Source: Eledone cirrhosa
Taxonomy: Eukaryota
Direction of reading: 5' to 3'
Assembly (NCBI GenBank): GCA_964016885.1
Contig: OZ024746.1
Location: forward strand, 54,932,001-54,996,000
Length of the DNA stretch: 64,000 nucleotides
A program made the translations under genes and the position numbers. This document shows, piece by piece, positions 15,125 through 33,159 of the stretch (within the stretch, counting starts at the first letter, position 1; each line of letters begins with the position of its first letter). The notes under the pieces were generated by a model. It worked only from the letters and a program-made list of their open reading frames with translations, was not told where the DNA came from and ran no database searches.

Positions 15125-15240
15125 GTATATATATATTTATATATATGTATATATATATGTATATATATATATATATTTATATATATATGTATATATATAT
15201 ATATATTTATATATATGTATATATATATGTATATATATAT
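13634..15240. repeat. (TA)n microsatellite interrupted by a repeat fragment at 13779-13968
   Basis: Directly visible. The insert begins CTTTTACCTGTTTCAGCCAT..GGCCATGCTG..GCACCGCC, a SINE/LINE-tail-like motif also at 18472-18535. Confidence 0.9.
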
Positions 15241-15763
15241 CATAAATCATGTCTTTAGAATCATCAGATATTAAAATATATACTATTTCTTCTTCTAGTT
15301 AGCATAATTAACCATATACAACATCAAATCTAGCAAGCTTTAAGAATAAATTTTCTCATGGGGAAATCTCTGACAAACAATCGACCGAGCCTCTTCGCGG
15401 CAGCCCCGTTCCATTATTTATCGAACATTTCGACAGCATGTAGACTTCGACCACATATACCATCAACCACACACAATTAGTAGTAAAATTAAACTCAGAA
15501 GAAATGCGCACATACCGTAATTATATCCCTACCATGGTTTCTTCCTTATTTAGGACATCCAAATAATATGAATTTCCAGAGTTAGTTTCATCAGGGGATA
15601 AACTCAAAATCAGACATTTAGTTTTTCAATCCGATCCCGCAAAATTTAGATTCAAAAATGGATAAAAATCGCTATGTAGCTGTGTTTAAGCCAGAGAGAA
15701 AGAGTGTGATTGGTTGCTTACGGCGGGTAGGCTTGCTGCTAGAAAGCGCAGCCATATATCGCC

Positions 15764-15768
<5 letters not shown>
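15241..15768 (-). mobile_element. Diverged partial copy of the 644-bp HHR repeat
   Basis: Homologous to 16255-16780. Minus strand reads tatccc-CTGATGA(15588-15594)...GAAACCATGGTA-gggata. Confidence 0.8.
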
Positions 15769-15820
<52 letters not shown>

Positions 15821-15993
15821 GTATATGTATATGTATATATATATATATATTTATATATATGTATATATATATATGTATATATATATATGTATATATATAT
15901 AGATATATATGTATATATGTATATATATATGTGTATATATATAGATATATATGTATATATATGTATATATATATAGATATATATGTATATATG

Positions 15994-16024
<31 letters not shown>

Positions 16025-16111
16025 GTATATATATATAGATATATATGTATATATATATAGATATATATATGTATATATATATGTATATATAGATATATAT
16101 GTATATATATG

Positions 16112-16150
<39 letters not shown>

Positions 16151-16158
16151 GTATATAC

Positions 16159-16246
<88 letters not shown>

Positions 16247-16254
16247 GTATATAT

Positions 16255-17437
16255 CATAAATCATGTCCTTAGAATTATTAGATAAAATATATACCATTTC
16301 CTCTTCCAATTAGCATAATTAACCATATCAAAAATCAATTAGACCAAGCTATAAGAAGAAAGGCTCTTATGAAGAAATCTCCGACAAATAACCGAAAGTG
16401 GCCTCTTCGCGGTGGCCCCAATAGAGTATTTATCCAACATTTCTACAGCATGTAGAAACTGTCAAAATATACCATCAACCATACACAATTAGGTGTAAAA
16501 TTAAACTTAGAAGAAATGTGTACATACCGTAATTATATCTCTACCATGGTTTCATCCGAATTTTTAGACATCCAATTAATAGGAATGTCTTGAGTTAGGA
16601 TTCATCAGGAGACAAACTCGAAATTTTTCAACTTGATCGCGCCAAAATTAGATTCAAAAAGGGCTAGGAATCGCTATGTGGCTGTGGTCAAGCTAGAAAG
16701 AATGTGATTGGTTGCTTACGGCGGGTAGGCTTGTTGCTAGAATGCGCAGCCAAATATCGCCAAATTGAATCTCAACCTAAAGGGAGATTATTAAATATAC
16801 AGGTTTACATATACATATAGTTATAGATATATATGCTGCAACCGGTCACTTTTAGGCTCTATGAAGAATTAATAAATTAAATAATCAGAGCAATATATCA
16901 TAAATCATGTCCTTAGAATTATTAGATAAAATATATACAATTTTCTCTTCCAATTAGCATAATTAACCATGAAAAAATCAATTAGACCAAGCTATAAGAA
17001 GAAAGGCTCTTATGAAGAAATCTCCGACAAATAACCGAAAGTGGCCTCTTCGCGGTGGCCCCAATAGAGTATTTAACCACCATTTCGACAGCATGTAGAA
17101 ACTGACAAAATATACCATCAAGCATACACAATTAGGTGTAAAATTAAACTTAGAAGAAATGTGTACATACCGTAATTATATCTCTACCTTGGTTTCATCC
17201 GTATTTTTAGACATCCAATTAATAGGAATGTCTTGAGTTAGGATTCATCAGGAAACAAACTCAAAATCAGACATTTAGTTTTCCAACTTGATCGCGCCAA
17301 AATTAGATTTAAAAAATGGCTAAGAATCGCTATGTGGCTGTGGTCATGCTAGAAAGAATGTGATTGGTTGCTTACGGCGGGTAGGCTTGTTGCTAGAAAG
17401 CGCAGCCAAATATCGCCAAATTGAATCTCAACCTAAC
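16255..17437 (-). repeat. ~1.8 tandem copies of a 644-bp HHR-containing unit
   Basis: CATAAATCATG at 16255 and 16899. Minus-strand HHRs at 16536-16613 (gtctc-CTGATGA-atcc..ggat-GAAACCATGGTA-gagat) and ~17180-17256. Confidence 0.85.
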
Positions 17438-17495
17438 ATATATATGTATATATATATGTATATATATAGTATATAATATATAGTATAATATATGT

Positions 17496-17520
<25 letters not shown>

Positions 17521-17541
<21 letters not shown>

Positions 17542-17753
17542 CGAAGGAAATGTGGTAAGGAACCAGGTGGACCATAACGCACCAAAGTACTCAATACTTG
17601 AGGTAGTAGAGTGGGTAATAGGAACCAGTAAGACCCCGACAGCTGAGCTCAAGCCGTTTCGACGGCTAATTCTGGACTACACATTTTATCTTATACTTAT
17701 ATATATGTATTTTTATATATATATGTATATATATTTATATATATATGTATATA

Positions 17754-17818
<65 letters not shown>

Positions 17819-18098
17819 GTATATATATTTATATATATATGTATATATATTTATATATATATATATGTATATATATATTTATATATATATATGTATATAT
17901 ATATTTATAGGAACAAGTAATACCCCGACGGCTGAGCTCAAGCCGTTTCGACGGCTAATTACAGAATTAGCCGTCGAAGCGGCTTGAGCTCAGCCGTCGG
18001 GGTCTCACTTGTTCCTATTACCCACTCTACTACCCTCAGTATTGAGTACTTTGGTGCGTTATGGTCCACCTGGTTCCTTACGACATTTCCTTCGTGAT
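17521..18098. mobile_element. Short pLTR fragments of family F: antisense 17521-17675 and palindrome 17888-18098
   Basis: Contain an HHR 3' half (GAAACGGCT..AGCCGTC-GGGGTC) but are truncated before the CUGANGA core. Same family at 26541-26680 and 31741-31928. Confidence 0.7.
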
Positions 18099-18181
18099 AT
18101 ATATATATATATATATGTATATATACTTATATATATATATATGTATATATACTTATATATATATATACATGTATATATACT

Positions 18182-18215
<34 letters not shown>

Positions 18216-18237
18216 CTTATATATATATATATATATA

Positions 18238-18319
<82 letters not shown>

Positions 18320-18416
18320 CTTATATATATATATATATATATATACTTATACATATATACATATACTTATGTATATATATATATATATATTTATATATAT
18401 AATCTATATGTATATA

Positions 18417-18473
<57 letters not shown>

Positions 18474-18605
18474 TCTTTTACTCGTTTAACTGTTTCGGCC
18501 ATGCTGGGGCACCGCTCTTGTTGCTACACATTTTATCTTATACTTATATATATGTATTTTTATATATATATGTATATATATTTATATATATATGTATATA
18601 TATTT

Positions 18606-18636
<31 letters not shown>

Positions 18637-18711
18637 ATTATATATATAAATATATTTATATATATATACATATATATATAAAAATATATTTATATATATA
18701 CATATATATAC

Positions 18712-18817
<106 letters not shown>

Positions 18818-18910
18818 GTATATATGTATATATATATGTATATATGTATATATATACGTATATATGTATATATATATGTATATATATGTATATATGTATA
18901 TATATATATT

Positions 18911-18970
<60 letters not shown>

Positions 18971-18986
18971 TATATATATATATATA

Positions 18987-21319
18987 AAGAATGAATAATA
19001 ACAGGTAGACATCATAAAAAGGTAATTTATTCCGTGTGCTTACACATGTTTCCACGGTGGTACTACAGCCTAGTTATGCTATGTGCAAATTTACAAGTAT
19101 TCGCAGAACTCAAATATCCAATGCTGTGACCACTGTATCCTCAGAGCAGAATGGTAAAATGTACAATGTAAATACCCTTAAGTGGGGTTGTTGGGGAAGA
19201 TAGAGTAGAAAAGGAAGAGAGAAAAGTAGGGGAGAGAGAGAGAGAGAAAGATATGCAGGGGTTGGAGAAGTATGAGAGAGTGGTTTGTAGATATCTTAAT
19301 CAAAATGTTATGGTAGGGGTTTTATTATACTGGTTACTTTTGGAGAGATGCGTTGATAGTTAAGGTCGGAATTATTTATTGCCCCAGAGGGCAGGTTCAT
19401 AGATGTGGAGAGGGAGGTAGGCCAAAGTTGAGAGAGAGTGTAATGTATGTAGAGAGAGAGGTAGAGAGGGGACAGACGAAGTTTATGTGGTGAGTGAACT
19501 TTGCGTTCGTAGTAGTAATCTACGAATTGCACCGAGTTACCATGTATAGTGATAAGCAGTGTATTGTCTTGTAGTGTGGGGGAAGAGAAGGTGGTTAGCC
19601 AGAAAGCGATGTTATAGTTACGGGTTCGAATGTTAAGTTATTTTATATTTAGAGAATTTAGCTTTTAGTTTGTGGTTGCAGTATAATGATCGTTCAATTC
19701 TATCGTTAAGTAGTTTGTTTTGGGATTTAATATGTAAAAGAGTTCAAGGTTACGTAACCTGCAGTACTTCAATCCACTCCCATATGGATTTGCGCTGGAA
19801 AGTATATCCCATTTTAAGGTGAACTGTTGGTTGTGTTCACGGAGTTGCCAGGTCTTGTTGGCGAGCGTGGTCACAAAACGGTGATTCGGATGTTTGATTG
19901 AGAATCGATGAAGGTACCAGCGAGATTTAAACGAGGTGGTGGTAGATCCGATATATATACCATTTCTGGTCGTTCGATTCAACCGTGCATTGGTAAACAA
20001 TGTTGGACTTTAGGCATTCATTCTTCAATGGACATCTTTCAGGTAGATGGCAGTTACATTCTTTGTTGTGGGTAGCGGGTATACCATGGATAGGTTGTGA
20101 TAGCGGTACAGGTGGATTGTGTAATACCCGTCTCCCATTTAGTGGTTGGGAGGCAGATATTACGTTCTGCCCATCTGTTACTAAAATATTTTGTTTTGTA
20201 GAGTTGTTTAATTGCCTGAAGTTAATTTTTTTTTATGTATGCTTCAAGGTTTGGTGCCGTGGATTATGATAGTCTAATAGTTTTAGAGTTCAGAATGTTT
20301 CTGTATTTATGGGAACTAGGGAAATGTTTGTTGATGAACTTAAAGAATGAAAGAGATAGTTTTGTACTAATCGAGGCATTACAAATAGGATTGTACCAGA
20401 TATACTTTCTACAACGTCATTTATTTGATGGTGATTTTCTATTATTAGTATGTCTGGTAGTACTGTGTGTGTGCGCTTGTGTTTTAGACCCCGGTTACGT
20501 ATTCCTTGATTTCGTGTAGAGCTATGTGTGTTATGGAAATTCCTATCAATGTATTCTATTGTATCCCGGTGGTCGGCATTCCTTAATGCATTATTGTAGT
20601 ATTCATCGTGTTCACTAAACATATCAGAGTTAGACGATAGGCGAGAGATTCTAAGAGAAATACCCCGGGGAACTGATTTGATCATGGAGAGTGGGTGGTT
20701 AGAGTTAAATTTAATATACGTCAGGTTCTCATTCACCTTGTGGAAGGGTTGTATCTGTCCGGTATTTAAATTAAGAGTTACGTCCAGAAAGTTTACTACT
20801 TTAAGATTGTATTCGTATGTTATTTTTAGACCCAGTTCACTAAAAGATTTTCTAATATTTTTCCGTAGCCTTTCAAGATTTTGGTTATTCAAGTTCTTCT
20901 TGCATATCTTTCTCTCTTTCTCCCTCTCCCCTACTTTTCTCTCTTCATTTTCTACTCTATCTTCCCCAACAACCCCACTTAAGGGTATTTACATTGTACA
21001 TTTTACCATTCTGCTCTGAGGATACAGTGGTCACAGCATTGGATATTTGAGTTCTGCAAATACTTGTAAATTTGCACATAGCATAACTAGGCTGTAGTAC
21101 CACCGTGGAAACATTTGTAAGCACACGGAATTAATTACCTTTTTATGATGTCTACCTGTTATTATTCATTCTTTAAATACACTCGGGAATACAGAACGAT
21201 CAGGAACTAAGTATCTTCAACAATTCTTCCATAACTCGTAGAGTAACCTCTTACCGTACGTCAACCATATCCAGTGTAGTAATTAACCATTACTACATCT
21301 TGGATAATCCTATACCTAA
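18987..21319 (-). mobile_element. 5'-truncated PLE family B (Hydra-clade-like) with an inverted pLTR copy at ~20899-21319
   Basis: Minus-strand ORF pieces 20290-20892 (VNFLDVTLNL, SNHP), linker CNCHLPERC near 20060, and 19665-20000 (IYIGSTTTSFKSRW). 18987-19258 is inverted-repeated at 20899-21173. Confidence 0.88.
21012..21123 (+). ncRNA. HHR with 85-nt stem II (antisense twin at 19037-19148)
   Basis: tgct-CTGAGGA(21016-21022)-85 nt-GAAA(21108-21111)-cattt-GTA-agca. Confidence 0.7.
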
Positions 21320-21389
21320 TATATATATATATATGTATATATATATGTATATATGTATATATATATATATGTATATATGTATACATATT

Positions 21390-21448
<59 letters not shown>

Positions 21449-21464
21449 GTTTATATGTATATAT

Positions 21465-21496
<32 letters not shown>

Positions 21497-21500
21497 GTAT

Positions 21501-21576
<76 letters not shown>

Positions 21577-21592
21577 GTATATATATATATGA

Positions 21593-21646
<54 letters not shown>

Positions 21647-21669
21647 AAATATATATATATATATATATA

Positions 21670-21880
21670 TGGTGCGTTATTCCGGGTTGAAGCGGAGGTA
21701 ACCACAGTAAGTAAGGTACTCAATACATGGCAGAGTATAACAGTTTTAATATTGATGTGATTCTACAGGACTAGAACTGATTCATTCTTCAGAAATCATC
21801 AGGAATCTCTGGGATTCCTGATGATTTCTGAAGAATGAAACAGTTCTAGTCCTGTAGAATCTCATCTATATTAAAACTAT
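21670..21880. mobile_element. Palindromic family E fragment with a complete plus-strand HHR at 21811-21863
   Basis: gggattc-CTGATGA(21818-21824)-tttctgaagaat-GAAACAG-ttctagtc-CTGTA-gaatctc. The mirror copy on the minus strand has GAAA->GAAT. Confidence 0.82.
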
Positions 21881-21899
21881 ATATATATATGTATATATG

Positions 21900-21956
<57 letters not shown>

Positions 21957-21957
21957 G

Positions 21958-21990
<33 letters not shown>

Positions 21991-21994
21991 GCAA

Positions 21995-22044
<50 letters not shown>

Positions 22045-22500
22045 GTATATATGTATATGTATATATATATGTATATATATATATATATATATATAAATAT
22101 TTATATAAATATATATATATATATGTATATGTATATTTATATATATGTATATATATATATATATAAATGTATATATATATATATAAATATATATATATAA
22201 ATACGAACATACACGTGCATGCATATACATGCACGTACACATAAACACGCGCATACAGATGTACTAGCACACATACGAACGTATACACCAAATGTACATA
22301 AACAATGATATAAACGTATATAAATATACACACAAAAATACGTATATAACGCACGCACACACATACCTACAAATAAATACACATATGTTCACCAAACGAA
22401 CGTAAACCAAAACACATACACACAAACACAAAATACACATAGACACATAACCATATACACATATAATTAATACGCATATATATATAATTTTTTACTTTTG

Positions 22501-22668
22501 ATACAAGGCCAGCAATTGCCCAGTACATTACTGGTACTTTATTTTATCGACCCCGTAGGGATGAAAGGCAAAGTTAACCTCGGCGGCATTTGAACTCAGA
22601 ATGGAAAGGGGCGCAACTCTATGCTAGAAGGCATGGCGTCCGACACTCTACCGATACTGCCAATCCAC
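22501..22668 (-). mobile_element. tRNA-derived SINE (Nin/Deu-domain-like)
   Basis: Minus strand has an A-box-like TGGCAGTATCGG, a B-box GAGTTCAAATGCC, then GCCTTTCATCCCTACGGGGTCGATAAAATAAAGTACCAG. Homologues at 32323-32520 and 32561-32710. Confidence 0.7.
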
Positions 22669-22791
22669 CACACCTATAACAAATACAAGCATATATACGT
22701 ACGAGAAAATATACGTACCTTCGCAAAACATACGGGTAAGGTATACTTACCTATACAAATAAGTAATGGTATAAACATAAAATATACTTAG

Positions 22792-23421
22792 CTACCACAT
22801 CAAGACGTAAATTATCCGCGTATTGTTCGAACTATCCGTTAGGGTATGATCTGGGGCTGTAATACAGGAACGTTTTATGCAATTTGCGTTTAGAAGCCGA
22901 AATTGCCTCAGATTTTTTGTGATCATTGCCGTAGAGTATTTCAAGGGCTTCAGCGGCGCAAAGATCGATGGTCTTTTATTTCCCTTATACAATCTAGCTT
23001 TAGCTAGGATCTCCCAGTGTAACCTATATTGGGTGTGGTTTTCTTTTAGACTCCAGATATAAGCTGAAAGCGACGTCATATACCTTCTTAAAGGGTTAAG
23101 AAAAGAATCGGTGTGCATGTAAAGACGCTGCTTGAATGTATTAGCGGTTAACCCTATGTAGGCCCTACTAGACGTGGGTGTTTCGACCTTACATTTGTAG
23201 ACAATGTTACTGGAGAGGCATTTCTCGGATAGAGGGCAGTCAACCCGATTCCTACAATTACAGTTAGTACTAGTTACAGGGTTGCACGTGTTCCTACGGC
23301 TAGGTAATTTAGCTAAATTTGAAGCAGTGATGTTATGTATTATCTTCGCTTTCTTCCCTTCATTGCCAGGGAACGTCTTCACGAACCAAAGTATCGTCTT
23401 CCTGTTTTCCCTCGGTTGCAA
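22792..23421 (-). pseudogene. PLE GIY-YIG endonuclease remnant (Hydra-clade-like)
   Basis: CNCRNRVDCPLSEKCLSSNIVYKC...AYIGLTANTFKQR, frameshifted at both ends. Confidence 0.85.
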
Positions 23422-24101
23422 CGTTTTTCGAATTATTTACTTCTGCGTCCACAGATTGATTGTTTTAGTTTCAGAAGATGTCGTTAAGTGTGAAATCAGC
23501 GATTGTTTGCTTAAACTTTAATCTGTTATTTTAATAAATATAATTATATATATACATATATTTAAATATGTAATCAGTACGAGTTTAGTGAAGATCTGCT
23601 AGGAATGGCAGAATGATAGGTCTTCAGTGAAGAAGAAAGTTTTCTTTTACTTAACTCATTGCCTTCTATGAATCTGGGGTTCGTGCAGGTCAATCCCCAT
23701 GTTTGCCTTTCTCCTGACCCATTTGGCACGTGAACAGTATGGAGATTGTCTCTGTTCTTTCACGACGAGACTCTGCTGGAACACTTTTCGCACTACTCAA
23801 ACACATAGAATGAAAGTAATTAGTAACAAAAGTTCCATATAGAATTTAAAAAAAAATAGATCACAATGTCTACAAACGTGCAGCATACAGACATACGACA
23901 ACAGTAACCTTTCAAAAGAAGAACCCTCAGCGGAGGATGATCAACTTAGCATATGACAAATTAGGTTTCAAACAGCTACAGTTAAAAGATTGATATAATT
24001 TCATGTAGAAATTATTAACGGAATTATGATGAGGATAATGAATTTAAGTAGACAACCAAAGAGCAGACGTGCATTAGCGTAGTATCAATATATCATATAC
24101 C

Positions 24102-24138
<37 letters not shown>

Positions 24139-24526
24139 GAGTGATATATTATTCAGATAAACATGAACGTTGTTGTGTCTTTAAGAAACTTGATAAACTA
24201 TAGGGGGTTTGACAGCTTTAAATGTAGGTTATGCATTTATGTACACCTACAGATAGAAGCATGCATACGCACATACACTTATCCTTGTATTTCCATTTGT
24301 TTCCTTAGACGTAAATACGTAAATAAATATGCCGATCATCAGAGTATTTGGACTGTTACATGATCGCAAATCAAGGTAAAGTTAAACTGTTAATACACTA
24401 ATTCAAACATATAAATAAATATGTAGGAAACAACATACACAGATGCACATATATATATGCAAATGCATACACATTTTAATTCGCACGCACTGACTCATGT
24501 ATCTATATATCTATCTATCTAACTAA

Positions 24527-24620
<94 letters not shown>

Positions 24621-24623
<3 letters not shown>

Positions 24624-24740
24624 GGCGTGTGGCTGAGTGGTTAGAGAATTGGATTCACAATCGTAAGGTTGTGAGTTCGATTCCTGAACCAGGCGATGCG
24701 TTATGTCCTTGAGCAAGACACTTTACTTCACGTTGCTCCT
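24621..24740 (+). mobile_element. tRNA-derived SINE head with CORE-like segment
   Basis: A-box TGGCTGAGTGG, B-box GAGTTCGATTCC, then TCCTTGAGCAAGACACTT. Homologue at 35952. Confidence 0.7.
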
Positions 24741-24837
24741 TCTACCTGGAGTTGCGACCGATAGATAGTATTAGCAATTGGAAAGACCAACGGAAACATT
24801 GTTCCTTCGGTCCGATTTGAGGAAAGTCGATCGTTCC

Positions 24838-24868
<31 letters not shown>

Positions 24869-24917
24869 TATGTATCTATCTATCTATCTATATATATATA
24901 TGTATATATCTATCTAT

Positions 24918-24981
<64 letters not shown>

Positions 24982-25005
24982 ATATATATATATATATATA
25001 TATAT

Positions 25006-26490
25006 AGTAGAATAATCGAGTATCGAAAAATCGGCGCACGAGTTCACGATAAATAAAATTCGAGATGAGCGGCAGAGGGCTCCATAATTTAAATAAATTA
25101 GAGCTATAACTATCGTTAAAATACCGTCACACGTAGAATATGTCTACAATCAACCAAACGACCGAAACATTGCGATATGGAAGATTCGGGACACTCAGAT
25201 AAATTATCAATAAATCAATAAATCAAATGAATGTAAAAAGCATACCCGGACCCACTAGAGAGATGGTATATCTAGCTTCTTGGGTTTCTGTAAATCCTTA
25301 AACCGCCCTCTATCAGCTCACATAAAAATATAAGACTTACAGACGACGGGGGACTGGAAATTTACTTCTTCAACGAGCTTTAGTCCGAACGAATGAAAAG
25401 ACAAAACCCAGGCTGAAAATACGCACATGGATTTCAGCAAGGGAGATAACCTTTATATCCGCAAAAAATATTCGGGAAAATGTGGAATAACACATATCGA
25501 ATGAGAGTGCTCAATAGACATGTTAAAATAAACAGGAGCTATTCATCATTTAATAGAATCGACAAAAATGAACAATAAAATTAACTGGTCAATAGCTAGG
25601 TCTAGAGCTAAATATAGTAGAATAATCGAGTATCAAAAAATCGGCGCACGAGTTCACGATAAACAAAATTCGAGATGAGCGGCAGAGGGCTCCATAATTC
25701 AAATAAATCAGAGCTATAACTATCGTTAAAATACCGTCACACGTAGAATATGTCTACAATCAACCAAACGACCGAAAAATTGCGATATGGAAGATTCGGG
25801 ACACTCAGATAAATTATCAATAAATCAATAAATCAAATGAATGTAAAAAGCATACCCGGACCCAGTAGAGAGATGGTATATCTAACTTCTTGGGTTTCTG
25901 TAAATACTTAAACCGTCCTCTATCAGCTCACATAAAAATATAAGACTTACAGACGACGGGGGACTGGAAATTTACTTCTTCAACGAGCTTTAGTCCGAAC
26001 GAATGAAAAGACAAAACCCAGGCTGAAAATACGCACATGGATTTCAGCAAGGGAGATAACCTTTATATCCGCAAAAAATATTCGGGAAGATGTGGAATAA
26101 CACATATCGAATAAGAGTGCTCAATAGACATGTTAAAATAAACAGGAGCTATTCATCATTTAATAGAATCGACAAAAAATGAACAATAAAATTAACTGGT
26201 CAATAGCTAGGTCTAGAGCTAAATATAGTAGAATAATTGAATATCGAAAAATCGGCGCACGAGTTCACGATAAACAAAATTCGAGATGAGCGGCAGAGGG
26301 CTCCATAATTCAAATATATCAGAGCTATAACTATCGTTAAAATACCGTCACACGTAGAATATGTCTACAATCAACCAAACGACGGAAAAATTGCGATATG
26401 GAAGATTCGGGACACTCAGATAAATTATCAATAAATCAAATAAATCAAATGAATGTAAAAAGCATACCCGGACCCACTAGAGAGATGGTA
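25006..26490. repeat. ~2.4 tandem copies of a 610-bp non-coding unit inside (TA)n
   Basis: AGTAGAATAAT at 25006, 25616 and 26227. Copies differ by scattered substitutions. Confidence 0.9.
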
Positions 26491-26731
26491 AATCTATATA
26501 CATATCTGTATATATATATATATATGTATATATCTATAAAGTTCCGATCTAGCTTTGGAAACGGCCGGAGTTCAGCCGTCGGGGTACTGACTCTTTACCA
26601 ATTACCCACTCTACTACCCTAAGTGTCAAGTACTCAGGTGCGTTATGGTCCACCTGGTTCCTTTCCTCATTTTCTTTGTTTTATATATCTCTTTCTCTAT
26701 ATATATATATGCTTATGTATATATATATATA

Positions 26732-26768
<37 letters not shown>

Positions 26769-27125
26769 GTATATATATATGTATGTATATATATATATGT
26801 ACATATATATATATATGTATGTATATGTATGTACATATATATATATATGTATGTATATATATGTATACATATATATATATAAGTATGTATATATATATAT
26901 ATATGTATGTATATGTATATATGTAGGTATATGTATGTATATGTATGTATATATATATATGTATATGTATATTTATACATATATATATATATGTATATAT
27001 ATGTATATATATATATATGTATATATATATATGTATATATATATATATGTATATATATATGTATATATATATGTATATATGTATATATAAATATGTATAT
27101 GTGTATTTATACATATATATATATG

Positions 27126-27166
<41 letters not shown>

Positions 27167-27187
27167 GTATATCTATACATATATATA

Positions 27188-27235
<48 letters not shown>

Positions 27236-27258
27236 TATTTATATGTATATATATATAA

Positions 27259-27298
<40 letters not shown>

Positions 27299-27299
27299 A

Positions 27300-27367
<68 letters not shown>

Positions 27368-27856
27368 TGGTAAACGGAATAGAAAATGGTGACAAATTGT
27401 TCACAGTTGAAAAATGGTTTAATTAGGAATAAAAGAGTATCAGTGTTTGTATGGGTTAGTATTCAGTCGTGGTTTTAAGTTTTTAAGATTTTACCAGTTG
27501 CGCATTTCTAAATGCTTTTCAAAAATAATTTTGAGATAGAGTGTCCGTGCTGTTTGCTCTGATCTGATTAGTTTGGGGAATTCTACCTGTTTTTATGTTA
27601 AAAAAGTGGCTGCAGCGTTATTTTTGTGTTGCAAAAATGGTTGTGGTCAAAACAATTTTGATTAGTCGGTAGAGGTCATGTGAATGTAAAAAGTTGATTT
27701 TGCGCCAAGACTGTTTTTATGTTACAAAAGTGGCTCCAGCAAAAATTCTTGGTCAAAACAATTTTGATTGGTCGGTAGAGGTCATGTGGATAAAAATTGG
27801 TTTTGCGCCAAGATTGAGAAATGACTCTTTCACACCAAATATGTGTGTGTGTGTGT

Positions 27857-27888
<32 letters not shown>

Positions 27889-27959
27889 AGTAGTAGTAGT
27901 AAGGTTTTCGATGCTGCGACAATGGCCAGCAGCGATGTGTGTCAAATGGCTATTAAGAT

Positions 27960-27994
<35 letters not shown>

Positions 27995-28465
27995 GCAGAG
28001 TAATTAGCATGTCAAAATATATTTTTCAGCTTTTGTCTTATACGGAGAAGTGCGTGCGTTTGTGTGTGTGTGTATAAGTCTCTTTGTATGTTGATGTACG
28101 CGTGTGTATGTGTTTGTGTATATATGTGCGTGTGTGTGTGTGTGTGGGAGGACCAGTATTTTTTCCCCCTGGTAAAATGGTGTACATTATTCGATTTTTT
28201 CAGTAAAATCGGTTCTCTTAATAGAACATCACAAATCTTAACAATAAAAGGTGTGAAATGATATTCACTATATATATATACACATACATATATTCACTAC
28301 ATACATATATATATATACACATATACATACATATATATGCACATATATTTTTTGGTATTGCACCATAGAGCATGTGTGTTTACGTGTGTCATTCTGTTTA
28401 TATGTGGGTAGAGATGTGTGCTGATGTAGGAATGTATGTTGACGTGTGTATGTTGTGGGTTCGTC

Positions 28466-31733
<3,268 letters not shown>

Positions 31734-31740
31734 GTGTGTA

Positions 31741-31928
31741 TAGGAAAAAGTATGACCCTGACGGCAGAGCTCAAGCCGTTTCGACAGCTATTTCTGAATT
31801 GCCGTCGAAACGGCTTGACCTCTGCCGTCGGGGTCATATTTTTTCCTATTACCCACTCTACAACCCCAAGTATTGAGTACTCTGGTGCGTTATGGTCTAT
31901 CTGGTTCCTTATCACAATTCCTTCGTTA
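31741..31928. mobile_element. Palindromic family F fragment
   Basis: Arms GACCCTGACGGCAGAG..GCCGTTTCGAC and GTCGAAACGGC..CTCTGCCGTCGGGGTC, centre near 31795. Confidence 0.75.
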
Positions 31929-32322
31929 TATATATGTATATATATATATATGAGAAAGTGAGAGTGAGAGAGAAAGAGAGGGGAGTGAGGGGTTTATGTG
32001 CAGTTGTATGAATGTTTATGGACATTTTTCTTTAGCCCATGTATTAAAAATCCGACCGTGTTTCAGTGCTATTTTTTAAATTCACACCACACATGCAGTG
32101 GACTCTTAAATCCCTATTCAATATTTCAAGATTTTCGGAGTTTCAGCTGCTGGGTCAAGTATTGTTGGTGTCGTACGGCCACTACATATGTGATGGAACA
32201 CATTTTGTAGCATTCGACCTAATTACACAGCAGTTTCTTCAAATGACCTGAACAGGATAATAAGCATAATGTATTTCTGTCTATGTATTTATGAATACAT
32301 ATACTATAATTCTTTCTACTTT

Positions 32323-32872
32323 AGGCCAGCAATTTTGTAGGGAGGGGAAATTCGGTTAAATTGACTCCAGTGCATTACTAGTTCTTTAATTTATCAACAC
32401 TTTAAAGATGAATGGCAAGGCTCACCTCGGCGTGATTTGAACTGAGAAGGTAAAAGGCCATAACTCTAGGCTGCAAAGAATTGGTGTCTGAAGCTCTACA
32501 GATACTGCCAATCTACTGCCCTATATAGTATACATATACAATAATTGTTTCTATTTTGGGTACAAGGTCAAGAATTATCCCAGTACATTAGTGGTGCCTT
32601 ATTTTATCGACCCCGTAAGGATGAAAGGCAAAGTTAAACTCGGCGGGATTTTAACTCAGAACGTAAAGGGACATAACAATATGCTGCGAAGCATTGTGTC
32701 TGACGCTCTATAGTGGAACTCCTTCGGCTACCACGATGATCGTTCCCGTTGATCCGATGAATGTAACAGCCTGCCTGCCAAATTAACGTGCAAGTGCCTA
32801 GCATTCCAGACGTACGTACCCTTAACTTAGATTTCAGAGAGATTTAACACGAGACAGAATAGGGTAAGGCTG
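32323..32872. mobile_element. Two Nin/Deu-like SINE copies (minus) followed by a cephalopod-type repeat fragment
   Basis: Similar to 22501-22668. 32712-32872 (AACAGCCTGC..AAATTAACGTGCAAGTG..GTACCCTTAAC) resembles a repeat recalled as abundant in Octopus; not searched. Confidence 0.6.
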
Positions 32873-32885
32873 ATATGTACATACA

Positions 32886-32951
<66 letters not shown>

Positions 32952-33115
32952 GAGAGAGAGAGAGAGATGCGCGTGTTCTGGGTATGTGTGTAACTACAGT
33001 CATTATGATTGAACCCTGAACTACGCTGATCGGTATTGAAACGATTGTAATATGTCAATAAAGTTTATATATATGGTGCAACATTGACGTCGATCCTGGT
33101 TGACTATATGTATAC

Positions 33116-33159
<44 letters not shown>

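Noticed and set aside
27600-27815. ~105-bp imperfect direct duplication
   Set aside because: Short local duplication with no HHR or other interpretable structure.
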